This document shows, piece after piece, positions 1 to 13,624 of a stretch of 64,000 nucleotides of DNA. Where the stretch lies: positions 61,690,001 to 61,754,000 of the forward strand of contig OX597820.1 in NCBI GenBank assembly GCA_951406725.2, read 5' to 3'. The notes beneath the pieces are model-generated. The model saw nothing but the letters and a program-made list of their open reading frames with translations. It was not told where the DNA came from and searched no databases. The translations under genes and the position numbers were made by a program. Source of the stretch: Octopus vulgaris. Its lineage: Eukaryota. The first letter of the stretch is position 1. Each line of letters starts with the position of its first letter.

Positions 1-1228
1 ATGTATTTGTCTGAATATTTTTTTATCATGCCTAATGCACCTACTATGATAGGAATTGTTTCTGTTTTCAGATTCCACATTCTAGTTACCTCTATTTCCA
101 GGTCTTTGTATTTTGAGAGTTTCTCCATTTCTTTTAGAGACACGTTGTCATCTGCCCGTATTGATACATCAATTAGAAAGCATTTTTTTCTTCATGATCT
201 CTGACAACTATATCTGGTCTGTTGGCCTTAATTTCTCTATCTGTGTGTATCGGCATATCCCAGAGTATGGTTGCTTTCTCGTTTTCTGTGACCTTTTCTG
301 GTGTGTGCTTATACCATCTTTTTTCTGTTGTTATTCCATAATGTTGACATAGCTTCCAATGTATGTAGGTTCCAACTCTGTCATGTCTGTGAATATATTC
401 CTTCTTAGCCAGGACTGGGCAGCTAGAGATAATATGATTTATTGCTTCTTGTCCATCTCCACATATTCTGCAGTTACTTGTAATATTTCTTTTCATTACA
501 TGTTTTTGGTAATTTCTGGTGGGGAGGCTTTGGTCTTGTGCTGCAATTAAAAATCCCTCTGTTTCTGCTTTGAGTCCTGAGCTTCTCAACCATTGCTGGA
601 ATTTTTCTTTGTCTATTTCTTTTGCGTTTAGTTTAGTTCAGTATTTACCATGAAGGGGCTTTTCTTGCCATCGTTTTATCATGGTTCGTTGCTGTTCTAT
701 TTTTAGTTTGGATTTCATTTGTTTTATAGCTTTTGTTGTTTCTTCATCTCCTTCTTCTTCTTCTTCTTCTTCTTCTTCTTCTTCTTCTTCTTCTTCTTCT
801 TCTTCTTCTTCTTCTTCTTCTTCTTCTTCTTCTTCTTCTTCTTCTTCTTCTTCTTCTTCTTCTTCTTCTTCTTCTTCTTCTTCTTCTTCTTCTTCTTCTT
901 CTTCTTCTTCTTCTTCTTCTTCTTCTTCTTCTTCTTCTTCTTCTTCTTCTTCTTCATATTTGTTAGGTGGTATGATTTCTTGTTTGTCAGCTTCCTTAAA
1001 TACTGAGAACAGTATTTTGTTTTGCTCGTGTTTTGCCGCTATTTGTATCAGTTTTCCTTCCTTCTGAAGTAGATATTTTTGCAGTCCTATAGTGGTTATT
1101 TTATAGTAGTTTTACAGCTGTATAAGGCCTCTACCACCTTCTATACGTTGTATATATAGTCTTTTTATGTCAGATTTTGGGTGATGCATCCTAGATCCTG
1201 TCATTATTTTTCTTGTTTTCCTATCTAT

Positions 1229-1230
<2 letters not shown>
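1..1230 (-). mobile_element. R4/Dong-like non-LTR retrotransposon, 5'-truncated and decayed (end of RT, CCHC knuckle, restriction-like endonuclease); continues beyond the window start
   Basis: Minus strand reads DRKTRK..HPKSDIKRLYIQRIEGGRGL..WQEKPLHGKY..LKAETEGFLIAAQDQSL..CRICG..HIISSC..RHDRV..ILWD..RPDIVV..PIIVGALG, with stops and a frameshift; the 5' end abuts (TAA)n at about 1231-1296. Confidence 0.9.
741..957. repeat. (TTC)n/(GAA)n microsatellite of about 70 units inside the R4-like ORF
   Basis: Pure triplet run seen directly. Confidence 0.95.
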
Positions 1231-1296
<66 letters not shown>

Positions 1297-1767
1297 GTTG
1301 TTGTTGTTGTGGTTGATGTTGTTATCATTTTCCTTAGCCTCTTCTTTCAATTCCGTTTCCATTTCTTGCCGATTGTCTTCCTGAAGCCTAGGGCAGAGAA
1401 ACGTACTATATACATTGGTAGGCCATTAAAACAAGCTCAACAGATCGTTCCTTTACAGAGTCATGTGACAGTAAAAAAAAGGAAGACAGAGAGAAAAAGG
1501 AAAAATAAAAAAATAGGAAAGTAAACAAATAAAATAAAGGGGGAAAAACGAAAGAAAATTTACAACGACAATGCTCGTTTGAATATATGTCATGTACCAC
1601 TTAAGACCAACAACTGACAAGCAAATGTGTTGTATTGAGCAGAATATTTGCTGTAGCCAATCTTTTATATCAAAACAAAACAATGTACATGATAGCACTT
1701 CCAATCAGTTATGATGTAAAGCCATGAGAGCCACTGCCTGGTATTGCATCAGGACATTTATTATTAC

Positions 1768-1810
<43 letters not shown>

Positions 1811-1819
1811 ATAATTATG

Positions 1820-1872
<53 letters not shown>

Positions 1873-1939
1873 TATTATTATTATTATCATTGATGTTGTT
1901 GTTATTGTTGTTATTGTTGTTGTTGTTATTCTTCTTCTT

Positions 1940-1970
<31 letters not shown>

Positions 1971-1989
1971 TTATTATTATTGTTTATTT

Positions 1990-3210
1990 ATTTATTTTCT
2001 TTGCACAGCTTCTAACGCTGTTCACTATCAGTGAACGAAGGTAAAACTCCTTATTTTTCGAGCACCTTCTGGAGTATTGGAGCAGTTCCAAGCAATGCTG
2101 TTTTCTGCAAGTGCTCCACTCTTATTGCAGCCCCTGTTTGTTCCATGTACTTCTCAAGATTTTTACTTCCTGTTCCCAGGGCTCCGACAATTATTGATAC
2201 TACTACCACCTTTTTCAGCGACCACAACTGCTTAACCTCCCAAGCTAAGCTGTCATATCTATCGACTTTTCTTTCTTCTTCATCGCATACCTTGTTGTCA
2301 GCTGGGCATCTTATATCGATGATCCAGCATCGTTTGCTTTCTTTCTCAATTAATACTATGTCTGGCTTCCTATTCTCTATCTCATAGTCGCACTGAATCA
2401 CAAAATCCCATAGGATCTTTGCATTATCATTCTCGATGACGCCTTCGGGTTTATGTTCGTACCACTTTTTTTTGTTCTGGACAATCCTTGCTATATTGTC
2501 ATGACGTCTCATATTCTTTCTGGGCTAGTGGGGTACATTGACTGGTAATATGCCATACGGTTTCACCATTTTGTCCACAAGTTCTGCACTTATCACTTTC
2601 TGATATGCTGTCTATTCTGTATTTGATGTAATTCGTTTTTAGTGCTTGCTCTTGGACATCACAGATTAGAGCATCCGTTTTCGGTTTTAAATCACTTTTA
2701 GTCATCCATAGCCATCTTCATTTCTGACTGTCTTATCTTCAACATCCCTATGAAATTGTCCATAGGGATATTGGAAATGGATAAATTGATGGAGAAAGAA
2801 ATGACAGAGTGCTTGCGTAGACTGAGTCTGATCCTTAAATCGAAAGGAAACGGATGGAATAAAATTGAAGCTATCAACACCTGGGCGGTTTCACTCCTTA
2901 GATACGAGCAGAGGTAATCGCATGGACAGTAGACGAACTAAACAGCTTTGGCAGAAAGACAAGGAAGTGACACAGACAGACTGTATGTACCAAGAAAAAG
3001 AGTAGGAAGAGGACTGATTGGATGCGAACACAGCATTAGAGCAGAAGCAAACAACATAACATGGCATGTAAAAATGCCACAGAACCACTATTATTGGAAG
3101 TAAGAAGGTCAAGCTTGTGTAGGAGGGAAGATTGCAAAGATAAAGCATTGTACATGCACTTGAGAATGAATGAAACTGAAAATATGTGGATAGAGTTCAT
3201 GGACAATTTG

Positions 3211-3212
<2 letters not shown>
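1990..3212 (-). mobile_element. R4/Dong-like retrotransposon with inverted 5' segment (about 2762-3212 on the + strand)
   Basis: Minus 2765 to 2051: YGQFHRD..WMTKSDLKPKTDALI..CRTCG..HITSQC..RHDNIA..KPDIVL..VGALG. Plus 2762-3212: GILEMD..KIEAINTWAVSLLRY..RLYVPRKRVGRGL..HGQF. Both ends lie in TAA-type repeats. Confidence 0.88.
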
Positions 3213-3288
<76 letters not shown>

Positions 3289-3345
3289 CATGATCATCAT
3301 GATCATGATCATCATCATGATCATCTTCATCATCATCTTCATCAC

Positions 3346-3414
<69 letters not shown>

Positions 3415-3415
3415 T
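3213..3415. repeat. Compound (TTA)n/(CAT)n microsatellite
   Basis: Seen directly. Confidence 0.95.
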
Positions 3416-4229
3416 AAAAGAAAAATCATCATCCTTCTTCTTCTTGGTAATGATTGTAGAATTTGCAGTGGAGCAACAGCATCAGTAGCAACATCAGCAC
3501 CAGCAGAAGCAGTAACGGTAGTTATGTAGTAAAGTAACAGCAGTAGTAGTAATAGCAGTCGTAGCAGATGTAGAAGTAGTAGCAGTAGTAGTGTACTAAC
3601 TATAGTACTAGTAGTAGCTTCAGTAACAGTAGCAGTGTTAGGAAGACTAGTATCAATATCATTATTGATCTTCATCTTGTTCTTCATGTCGTTGTCTTAG
3701 AATGTCACTGCATCGATAATAGAATGAAGAAAGAAAGAAAGGAAGGGAGGAAGCCATAGAAATAAACTAAGAGCTATAAATAAATATATAAATAAATAAA
3801 AGAAATTGCAAAGTGTGCGAGAAAAAGGAACATATGAAGTAAATAAATGAAAAAAATAGACAATAAAAAAGAACAATAACAAGAACAAGAACAAAAAAGA
3901 AAACGTAATTTAAATTGAAAAGTTCACTATTTGGCTTGACGTCACAATTTCGTTGGCGTTAAAAAGTTATGCAAGCTACTTCCGTCAACCATTTTATATA
4001 CCGGAAGCTCATCACTCAATCTAAAGCTGCCTGCATCATTCAATATACTTTATAACTTATAAACCTCTTAACATACGACTTCAGGAGTTCTTTTTCCTAA
4101 TTTTATTCCTTTTATGTGTTTTTTGTCTTGTCTGTTTCTAAACCGTTGCTTTCATTCCATTAAAAAATTTTCTTCCCTCCAGTTTGTTTCGACAAAACGT
4201 ATTTGTGTTGCTATAATTTTCTTTCTTTC

Positions 4230-4310
<81 letters not shown>

Positions 4311-4323
4311 CATCATCATCATC

Positions 4324-4415
<92 letters not shown>

Positions 4416-4744
4416 TATCATTATTATTAATATTATTATTATTCCATTTCCCCTTCGGGAATATTAAATTTCACGATTGTATAAGAAATTATTACGAAGT
4501 TTCTTTTTCATAGTCTACCATCGATTTTTTATTGATTTTGCATTGAGGCTGGAATATACATACACTGACCGAACAACGTGATTGGCTATTTACTATCATT
4601 GCATTATATAAAAATCACAGAAGCCGCGCCCATCACAATCGATTTCTGTATCTTTGAACATTTTGGCGATTTTCCGGGAATGTTTCAATGTAACTACATT
4701 TTTTGTCCGGTGTAAAATTTACCTCAATAGTCTAAAATTGGTTT

Positions 4745-5390
4745 ACAATATTGGCACAATGCCACAGATTAAGAGGGAATGGTAAATTCGTTGAAATACA
4801 TCCTAGTATTTGACTCTTATTTAATATTAACAATCTGGTAAAGATGAAAAAGTAAAGTTGACCACGTTGAGATTTGAACTCATATCTAACAAACATACCA
4901 CAAGGCAGTTTGTTTGACGCTTTACAGATAAAAATATTCTTTCAAATTCTGGCACAAAATCGGCAATTTTCAAGCGTGGAGGTGGGGAAATTGATGTAAT
5001 TGATTCCAGTACTCAGCTGGTTCTACACTTTATTGATTCCGAAAAGATGAATGGTAAAGCCGACCCCGGCGACATTTGAACTCAGAATGTAAAGAACCAG
5101 AAGAACCGTCTCTGAGCATTTTGCCTAGAGAGGGAACAATCCAGCCAGCTTGTGAGTGGGTCTTCATTTATCTACACTTTTCCTTTTTGAATTTCCTTTT
5201 TGGAAAGATTTCTACTGCATGCTTAAAATATTTCGTTCGCCTTTACGTTCTGAGTTCAAAATACCTCAGAGTTCGACTTTGCCTTTCATACCTTCTTGGT
5301 CGATAAAATAACTACAAGTTGAACACTGGGGTTAATGTAAGCAACTTACTCCAGTCTCTAAAATTGCTGGCCTAGAACCAAAATTCAAAG
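4745..5390. mobile_element. Three decayed copies of SINE family A (two minus, one plus)
   Basis: Degenerate matches to gttctgagttcaaat..gtcgactttgcctttcatcc..gtcgataaa and its reverse complement. Confidence 0.65.
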
Positions 5391-5505
5391 TTATTATTTA
5401 TATAGCTGTACAGTTCTCTCCCTTTTTCTCAAAATTTTCTTCCACCACTTCTTTTCATTCCCCAGTTTTTCTTCCCGAAACGTAATTCGATATCATCATT
5501 AATTC

Positions 5506-5556
<51 letters not shown>

Positions 5557-5872
5557 TCACTCACTCACTAACTCACTGACTGACTGACTCACTTACTCAC
5601 TCACTCACTCACTCACTAACTATCCCTCTCCTTTCAATTTCTATTTCTGCCATTTTCTCTATCATTGCCACACTTTATCACCTTACTTATCTAAACTTCT
5701 CTCTACTGGTGAGATCTATATTTATTATTTCTACCGATACTTTCTTACATATTCTACCTCTTCCCCCGATACTATTTCTTCCCCCTCTGTATTTCACGGT
5801 TTGATCGTCTGACTTTATGTCACGCTTCAGTGAATATCTACTCGCAATGGATGTACACAGACAGTTCAGTTC

Positions 5873-6256
5873 CAAGATACATCTCGTGGATGCTCGGGCA
5901 TGTATAATCAGTGATGTTTCTGGGGCTCTTAGAGAGTTTTGGATCTTTCATCATTAGAACCCGTAGCCCAATTAACCCAGCTGGCGTTGATCAAATCCCC
6001 GCTTGCATCTCAGTAGCAGTAAACCACTGAATTGGCCTCTTTATCCAAAACCACCGAATGACCTTTTCTGCAGAAATGGGACTTATGGTACTCCTCTTTG
6101 CTGCAACAGTAACTCCGTGTCCAGTCAGAGCTTTTCAGAATGAACGTGCCAGAAACTCCGGCTGTCAGCCTCGATGTCTGCACTACTGTACCAGTTCTTT
6201 GGTATTTGGCAAATTTCTTCTCATCAACTCCTTCCGTGTGTTCCTCCTTCTACATG
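5873..6256 (-). mobile_element. Hero/NeSL-like (R2 group) non-LTR retrotransposon, 3' end, decayed
   Basis: Minus strand with frameshifts: EEHTEGVDEKKFAKYQ-ELVQ*CRHRG..FLARSF*KALTGHGVTVAAKRSTI..AEKVIRWFWIKR, followed by a 3' region gatgaaagatccaaaac..acatcactgat..gagatgtatct recalled as typical of Hero 3' ends. Confidence 0.65.
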
Positions 6257-6409
6257 AATCTGTATGAATAAATAAATGAGATACAGGTTATTTAATACAT
6301 GTTTTAAAACGTTGGTTTCCTAATTTGCGACTCGAGTTTCACAGCAAAACAATCGATTTGGGCTGAAATTTGCAAGAAAGGAACTGGGTTTAAATAAACG
6401 TCACGCACG

Positions 6410-6507
<98 letters not shown>

Positions 6508-6835
6508 AAAACACACGCACACACACACACACATGTGCACACACGTACTTATACACGCACATAAATGTGCGCACAACATCCACAAACACACGCACACAAA
6601 CACACAAAACTTACTTATAAAATTTTAGTACTTTCATACATTCCTATACAAAACACACATGTAAGCCTAAATGCGATAAAAAAAACCCGGTTAATTCCCT
6701 GTTTTAATGAATGATGTTCTCGTTTGAAGGCTGTTTGAATTTCTTCTAGGCTTTATTGAAAATCTGCAATAAAAACGACACGTAAACTCCCACAAGCCAA
6801 ACACATCAGCATGATCCATATAAATATACAAACAC

Positions 6836-6937
<102 letters not shown>

Positions 6938-7000
6938 GCATGTAAGGATGCATATATATATATATATATATGTATATGTATATATATATATATGTATATG

Positions 7001-7051
<51 letters not shown>

Positions 7052-7631
7052 GTATATTTATATGTATATATATAAATGTATGTATGTATATATATATATG
7101 TATATATATGTATATATATATATATATAAATGTATGTATGTATATATATATATATATATATGTATATGTATATATATATGTATATATATAAATGTATGTA
7201 TGTATATATATATATGTATATGTATATGTATATATATATATATATAAATATAAACATACGTACATTTATATTTGTGTATGTTTGTATGTATGAATGTGTG
7301 TGTGTGTGTATGTATGAAGGCACACATATATATGGATATATATGTTATATTACATGTATGTATGTATATGAATACATACGTGCATATATATGTGCCTGTG
7401 TGTATATGTGTGTATGCATGTATGCATGCGTGTGTGTATGATAGGTTACATGTGCATGATGCACATTATAAACAGCGCTCGTGTTTGTGGCATTTAATTT
7501 AAGTAGCATCGTATTAAGAAAAAAAAAAAGCGGATTTGCCCATAAACAATGATACAGAAAAAGTTATTCAACCTTAAATAATTGTTTTCCTCCTCATCTT
7601 GTCTTTTATATATATATATGTGTACATGTGT

Positions 7632-7702
<71 letters not shown>

Positions 7703-8435
7703 CACACAGATATGTTGCGTTACGCATTTTTTAATGTGGTTCGCTTAAGTTAAAGAATGTATGAGAATGAAACGGGATGTGTGAGTGTGTGCGAATGTAT
7801 GTGCATATATGAACATATGTATGTGTGTGAGTGTGTGTGTGTGTATGTGTGAGTGTGTGTGTATGTGTGTGTGTGTCTGTATGTGCATATGTCTTGGTGT
7901 GTTGAACTGGCTTAAGTACAGGGTGCTGCAGGTACGTAATATTTAGGTAATTGAATTATTACACACGCTTACAAACACACTCAAACGCACACACGTGCAT
8001 ACATACGCACACAGACATGCATGCATACGCGCACAAACACATACATACGTACATACATACATACATACGTACATACATACATACATACATACATACATAC
8101 ATACATACATACATACATAATACATACTCAATACATTGAAATATATTGATATAATAACTGTTGTAGAAAGGTAATGAAAAATACCTTCAGAATGTTCTTC
8201 TAGAATCTTTAACTACATGCTAGAAGCCATATATTTGATAAATGCACATGAACCCAAGCAGTGCAGTTTCAGAGTTCATTTTAAGGAATTATTTCATCAT
8301 TATAAATGCGTGATTGGTTCTATGTCTTTATCTCTGTGAATAACGAGCGTCAAATTTGGAGATAATGTGAAATACTTATTTTAAATTACATCTTATTAGA
8401 TCTAGATATTCCAGTGGTAACATCTAGACCTAATT

Positions 8436-8625
8436 CACGGACAAGACGCGACTTCGTTGATACAGTACTTCCTGCAAAGCAAATTAAATAAAATTTGGGA
8501 TTTTTTGCGGGAGGTGAAAGTGGTAACAAGAATAGGATGGTAAGAACAAAACACTAAAAACAATAACCCCCCCCCCCCGAACAATGCGGGATGGACTGTT
8601 TCAACTAAGTCGCGTTTTGTCCGTA
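8436..8625. mobile_element. MITE of about 190 bp with 31-bp terminal inverted repeats
   Basis: cacggacaagacgcgacttcgttgatacagt (8436) versus actgtttcaactaagtcgcgttttgtccgta (ends 8625). Confidence 0.7.
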
Positions 8626-8921
8626 CCTTCGACATGCGGAGTAGATGAAACAGGGATAACTGAAGAAGAGGAATATTCCGTGTGTTGTATGTTTCGTTTC
8701 TCTGATTTTTCCGTTGTTAAAAACATGTTCGTTTCTATGTTTTCGTTTTTATGTTTTCGTTTCCCATTGTGTTCAACGTATATATATCCTGTCCACATAT
8801 ATGCATGTATATATACATATATATGTAGGTATGTTCATATATGTATGTATATATTCATATATTTATATATTATTTATATTATTATATGATCGAACGCCAC
8901 GCGTCTTTTTCGAAGTAAGTT

Positions 8922-8993
<72 letters not shown>

Positions 8994-9012
8994 ACATACA
9001 TACATACATACA

Positions 9013-9048
<36 letters not shown>

Positions 9049-9943
9049 TATATGTACGTATGTATGCATGTATATATGATAGTAACAATTGTATACGCTC
9101 AACTGAGTATACATTTAAACTGATTTTAATCGAATTATATGAAATAATTAATTAGAACAACTTTGGCGCCTTTCATTAAGCAGTGAATAAATAACAGTAA
9201 TATCAGGAAACTATCTTAAACCGCCTGCTTCGTAAAATTTCCTGAGATTGCATACATATTCTTAATCTTTAGTATTGGACTGTCAACAGTTGTTATCAAT
9301 ACGAAAACGCTGTCGGAAGTCAAATAGTAATGAGTGTTACGCAATCTCAGAAGATTGGAAAATGTATTTCTTCCATTTGGTACTTCTGTAATTCAGTATC
9401 TGCAATATATCTGTTAACAAGCCATGCTTTTCTACTCTAGTATATTTTACCTTTCATCTTTATTTTGATTTCTTTTCCCTCAAATATGTGCTTATTCCAG
9501 TTGTCTTCCGTATGCCATTGACCTTCTTAACCCATATTATATTTAGCTTATTTTACTCTCTTCTTCGTGTTCTCTTCACCTCCTCGTCTTTTCTTTTACA
9601 TTTTTCACTTTATAATACATCATTCATCATTCATCATTCATAACAAATACTATATATGACATAGATTATCCCATTATGTCTTCTTAAACCCACTAGCTAC
9701 ATTAACCAATTAATCTTTCGTTAGGTATTTCACCTTTTAACCATTAACAACCGCAGCGATAGCGACAACAACAACAATAATTACTACTATCCTCATCACA
9801 TTTCTAGTTATTGCTTTTTAGTCCACTTTCTCCTGTGTTTGTAGTATATACTGCCCATACTTCCATACTGTCACTGGTCGTCTCCGAAGAGACGGCAGTC
9901 GTAACATCTGGCCATGTTGTAGAAATCATGTATCCCTACTGTG

Positions 9944-10005
<62 letters not shown>

Positions 10006-10120
10006 TTTTTGTAGAAGGCGTAGGTTCGAAACGTAAAACTTTTCTATTCTGAGCGTTATACTAATACATCTGTTTGTTTTGTACACCTGTCTTCGTCTTT
10101 TTTAAACTCTCCCTATATGT

Positions 10121-10161
<41 letters not shown>

Positions 10162-10593
10162 ATTATACTTACACACACTCTCATACATGAATTCGTAATT
10201 ATTCAGATATCCCCTTCCTTTTCCTCTTTCACTCTACATTTCCATACTTATTTTTATCTCATTTTCGCTATCAATGGATTTTCAGAAACTTTTCAAGCTT
10301 CATAATTGCTACAGGAACTATAACCACAACTAGAGCCTTCACCTTATCTCTATTTGTATTTTCACCTAATAATTACAATCATCACCAATATCTTGCTTTT
10401 TATTTATGACACCTAGGTACCACTCTACATTTCAATGCCTCTAGTATATTTCATACAAATAGGCCCCCTAAATATGTTTTATCTTTCATCTACATTTCAT
10501 ACCTTTATATTTCTTTAAATATCTTCTTATCTCAATTGTCTACGGTAATTCATTTTGACCAAAAACTTCACCGATATTTTATCTTCTTATCAT

Positions 10594-10761
10594 TTCTTCT
10601 TCTTCTTCTTCTTCTTCTTCTTCTTCTTCTTCTTCTTCTTCTTCTTCTTCTTCTTCTTCTTCTTCTTCTTCTTCTTCTTCTTCTTCTTCTTCTTCTTCTT
10701 CTTCTTCTTCTTCTTCTTCTTCTTCTTCTTCTTCTTCTTCTTCTTCTTCTTCTTCTTCTTC
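10594..10761. repeat. (TTC)n microsatellite
   Basis: Seen directly. Confidence 0.95.
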
Positions 10762-10854
10762 ACATTTCCTATAACAATAATCATCATCTGGTCGGGCATA
10801 TTCGGACAAAATTATAATAATGACAACGACAACGACAACAGCAACAACAATCGT

Positions 10855-11054
10855 TTCTACTAAAGGCACAAGGTCTGAAATTTTGGGAGAGGAGACTAGT
10901 CGACTACATCGACCTCAGTGCTCAACTGTTACTTATTTCATCGACCCCGAAGGGATGAAAGGCAAAGTCGACCTCGGCGGAATTTCAACTCGGAACGTAG
11001 CGACAGACAAAACCGCTAAGCATTTCGCTCGGCGTGCTAACGATTCTTCCAGCT
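10855..11054 (-). mobile_element. SINE family A (tRNA-derived)
   Basis: Reverse complement of the family head and body (gagctg..ttagcacgccg..gtcgactttgcctttcatcc). Confidence 0.8.
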
Positions 11055-11330
11055 CAGAGAGTAGCTGTCATCCGAGTAGTTGTAGGGGCACTGGGAGCCC
11101 TAGCAACCAGGTTTGAGAAATATGTTGGAGAAATTGGAATTGACATGAGGGCAGAGCATGCTCAGAAAACTGCTCAACTGGGGACAGCAAAGATTTTTAG
11201 ATTGGTACTTGGGTGCTAAGTATCGTGGAAAGAGATCCCGCGAGACCTTTGACAACAGGTTGTTGTCAGCACTTACGGAATTGACTGGAGAAAGTAAAAT
11301 CGAAAGGTCTGAGCAGTATAATGGAAACAA
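11055..11330 (+). mobile_element. R4/Dong-like retrotransposon, extreme 3' fragment
   Basis: VIRVVVGALGALATRFEKYVGEIG..EHAQKTAQLGTAKIFRLVL*, homologous to the C-terminus at 2051-2220; followed by AAC/AAT repeats. Confidence 0.75.
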
Positions 11331-11359
11331 CATCAACAACAACAGCAATAATAATCCTT

Positions 11360-11552
11360 TCTGTTATAGGTACAAGGCCTGAAATTTGGTACTTAACTTA
11401 TCCTTGGTACTTAATTTATACTTAATTTATCGACCCTTAAAAGGATGGAAAGCAAAGTCGACCTCCGCGGAATTTGAACTCGGAGCGTGAAGACGGACGA
11501 AATATCTCTAAATATTTTTTCCCGGTATGCAAACGAATCTGCCAGCTTGCGG
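11360..11552 (-). mobile_element. SINE family A, decayed
   Basis: aatttatcgacc..ggatg..aaagtcgacctc..ggaatttgaactc. Confidence 0.75.
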
Positions 11553-11741
11553 CCTTAATAAAAAGGACGACAACAACAACAACAACAACAACAGCAACAA
11601 CAACAACAATTATTATCGTTATTATCATAATCATAAAATTTCATTTATAAATATATATATGTGTGTGTGTATGTGTTTGTATGTGTACTCACACACACAC
11701 AATGATTAAAAGGAAACGGCAGAAAAACAGATATTGATAAA

Positions 11742-11970
11742 TTACTCCGTTCTTTACGCACGTTTCAATAATAGCTTAAGGATGGCTATCACATAATGTG
11801 TTGTATGAAGTTATCCAGTAACACATCTTCAGAAGAGAAAATAAACAGAAAAGACTTCTTTTGATTATTTTTCTCTTCTGACGATGTGGCGCTTGATAAC
11901 TTCATAAACACATTGTGTAATAGCCAACCCCAAGATATTATTGAAATGTACTTAAAGAACGAAATTATTC
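11742..11970. ncRNA. Inverted pair of minimal type I hammerhead ribozyme motifs (Penelope-type terminal repeats)
   Basis: Minus 11836 to 11751: tctt-CTGAAGA..GAAAC-gtgc-GTA-aaga. Plus 11874-11958: tctt-CTGACGA..GAAA-tgtact-TA-aaga. The two arms form an imperfect palindrome of about 100 bp per arm. Confidence 0.6.
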
Positions 11971-12039
11971 ATTGATCCCTACTTTTTTCTTTTACTCATC
12001 CTTCTTTATATCTAGCCCTGTGTGGCTAATAAAGAAACA

Positions 12040-12134
<95 letters not shown>

Positions 12135-12145
12135 TCACTCACCCA

Positions 12146-12177
<32 letters not shown>

Positions 12178-12994
12178 TCTATCTAAATTTATGCCTATGT
12201 ATGCATGTATGTATATGCATACATACATATACACACACATCCACGCACACACTTTCGCTCTCTCTCTCTCTCTCTTAATCTCTCTCCCTTTCAATTTCTC
12301 AATCGCTCAATCTTTCTCTCTTTCTCTTTCTCTATCTCTCCCCACCACATTCTTACTCTGTCTCCAGACACACTACCACCCAACTGCCATGCAGTTCCGT
12401 TTTCTTTCATTTGTACACCCATTTTCATACGCGCACATGTATATTTAAGCTCTATTTCCCACCTTTTTCCAAACATCTGTATACACACACATTCACACAC
12501 ATATGCAGTCACACCGACACACACACACACCTGCATATTTAAGTAGAATGCATGAACCTCAAATATACCCTTATAAAATGTATGAATATATCTTATACCA
12601 CCATTCATGAGTATATTATCTTTCTTTAGTGAATGAATTTATCCGTTAGGAGTAATAAGCGAAATTTCCATCATGCCTTCTGTTATGTAGTTATTGCTAT
12701 TTAGCTACAGGTTAACTACAGGTTGCTCAGATCAAAGGCATTTCAGCTGTGATCATCGAATTTTTTCAGACATAGAATAGACTATCTCGTATGTCCTTAT
12801 TGCTTTTTTGTTTCTCTAAGATGATAGGAGCTTTCGTATGAAGGACATTTGGATGATTTGTGAGCAGGTCGAGCGACAATTTAGAGGCCTTCGCATCGAA
12901 TTCTGGAGCTGTTTGTCGTTGGGCAGAGAATGCATGGCAGTTGGGTGGTAGTGTGTCTGGAGACAGAGTAAGAATGTGTGTGTGTGTGTGAGAG

Positions 12995-13047
<53 letters not shown>

Positions 13048-13233
13048 AGCGATTGAGAAATTGAAAGAGAGAGAGAGAGAGAGAGAGAGAGCGATTGAGA
13101 AGTTGAAAGGGAGAGAGATTGAGAGAGAGAGAAAGAAAAAAATAGGGAGAGAGAAACACAAAGAGAGAAATATGGAGTCAAAGAGAGAGAGAGAAAGAGA
13201 GAGCAAATCATAGAGATGTAGAGTAAACGAGAA

Positions 13234-13266
<33 letters not shown>

Positions 13267-13593
13267 CAGAGAAATAAAAAAGTATTGAGAGAGAATCAAG
13301 GGGAGAGAACCAGAGAGAGAAACTGATAGAATAAAGAGAGAAAAAATAGGAGAATAAGAGAGGGAGAAAGAAACAAAAAGTTTGAGAGAGGAAAACAACG
13401 GTGGGAAACAAGTATTGTAGCATAGGAATTTTAAGGTTTCGTCTTTAGTGTTCACTGATGCGAAACGATGTTTGCAAGTGATAACATTTTAGATGTAATG
13501 TGCGTGTCTTAACGGATGTGTGTGCTGTGTATGTGCGTGTGTGTGAGTATGTGTGCATACGTTTGGTTATGCCATTCCAAAAAAGGGATGTGT

Positions 13594-13624
<31 letters not shown>

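Noticed and set aside
5687-6261. Apparent minus-strand exon with acceptor and donor
   Set aside because: Stops in all frames; better explained as a Hero-like retrotransposon remnant
12766-12960. Apparent exon after ctccag acceptor (DTLPPNCHAFSAQRQ..)
   Set aside because: Most of it matches a dispersed repeat seen again near 47200-47440 and 48190-48720
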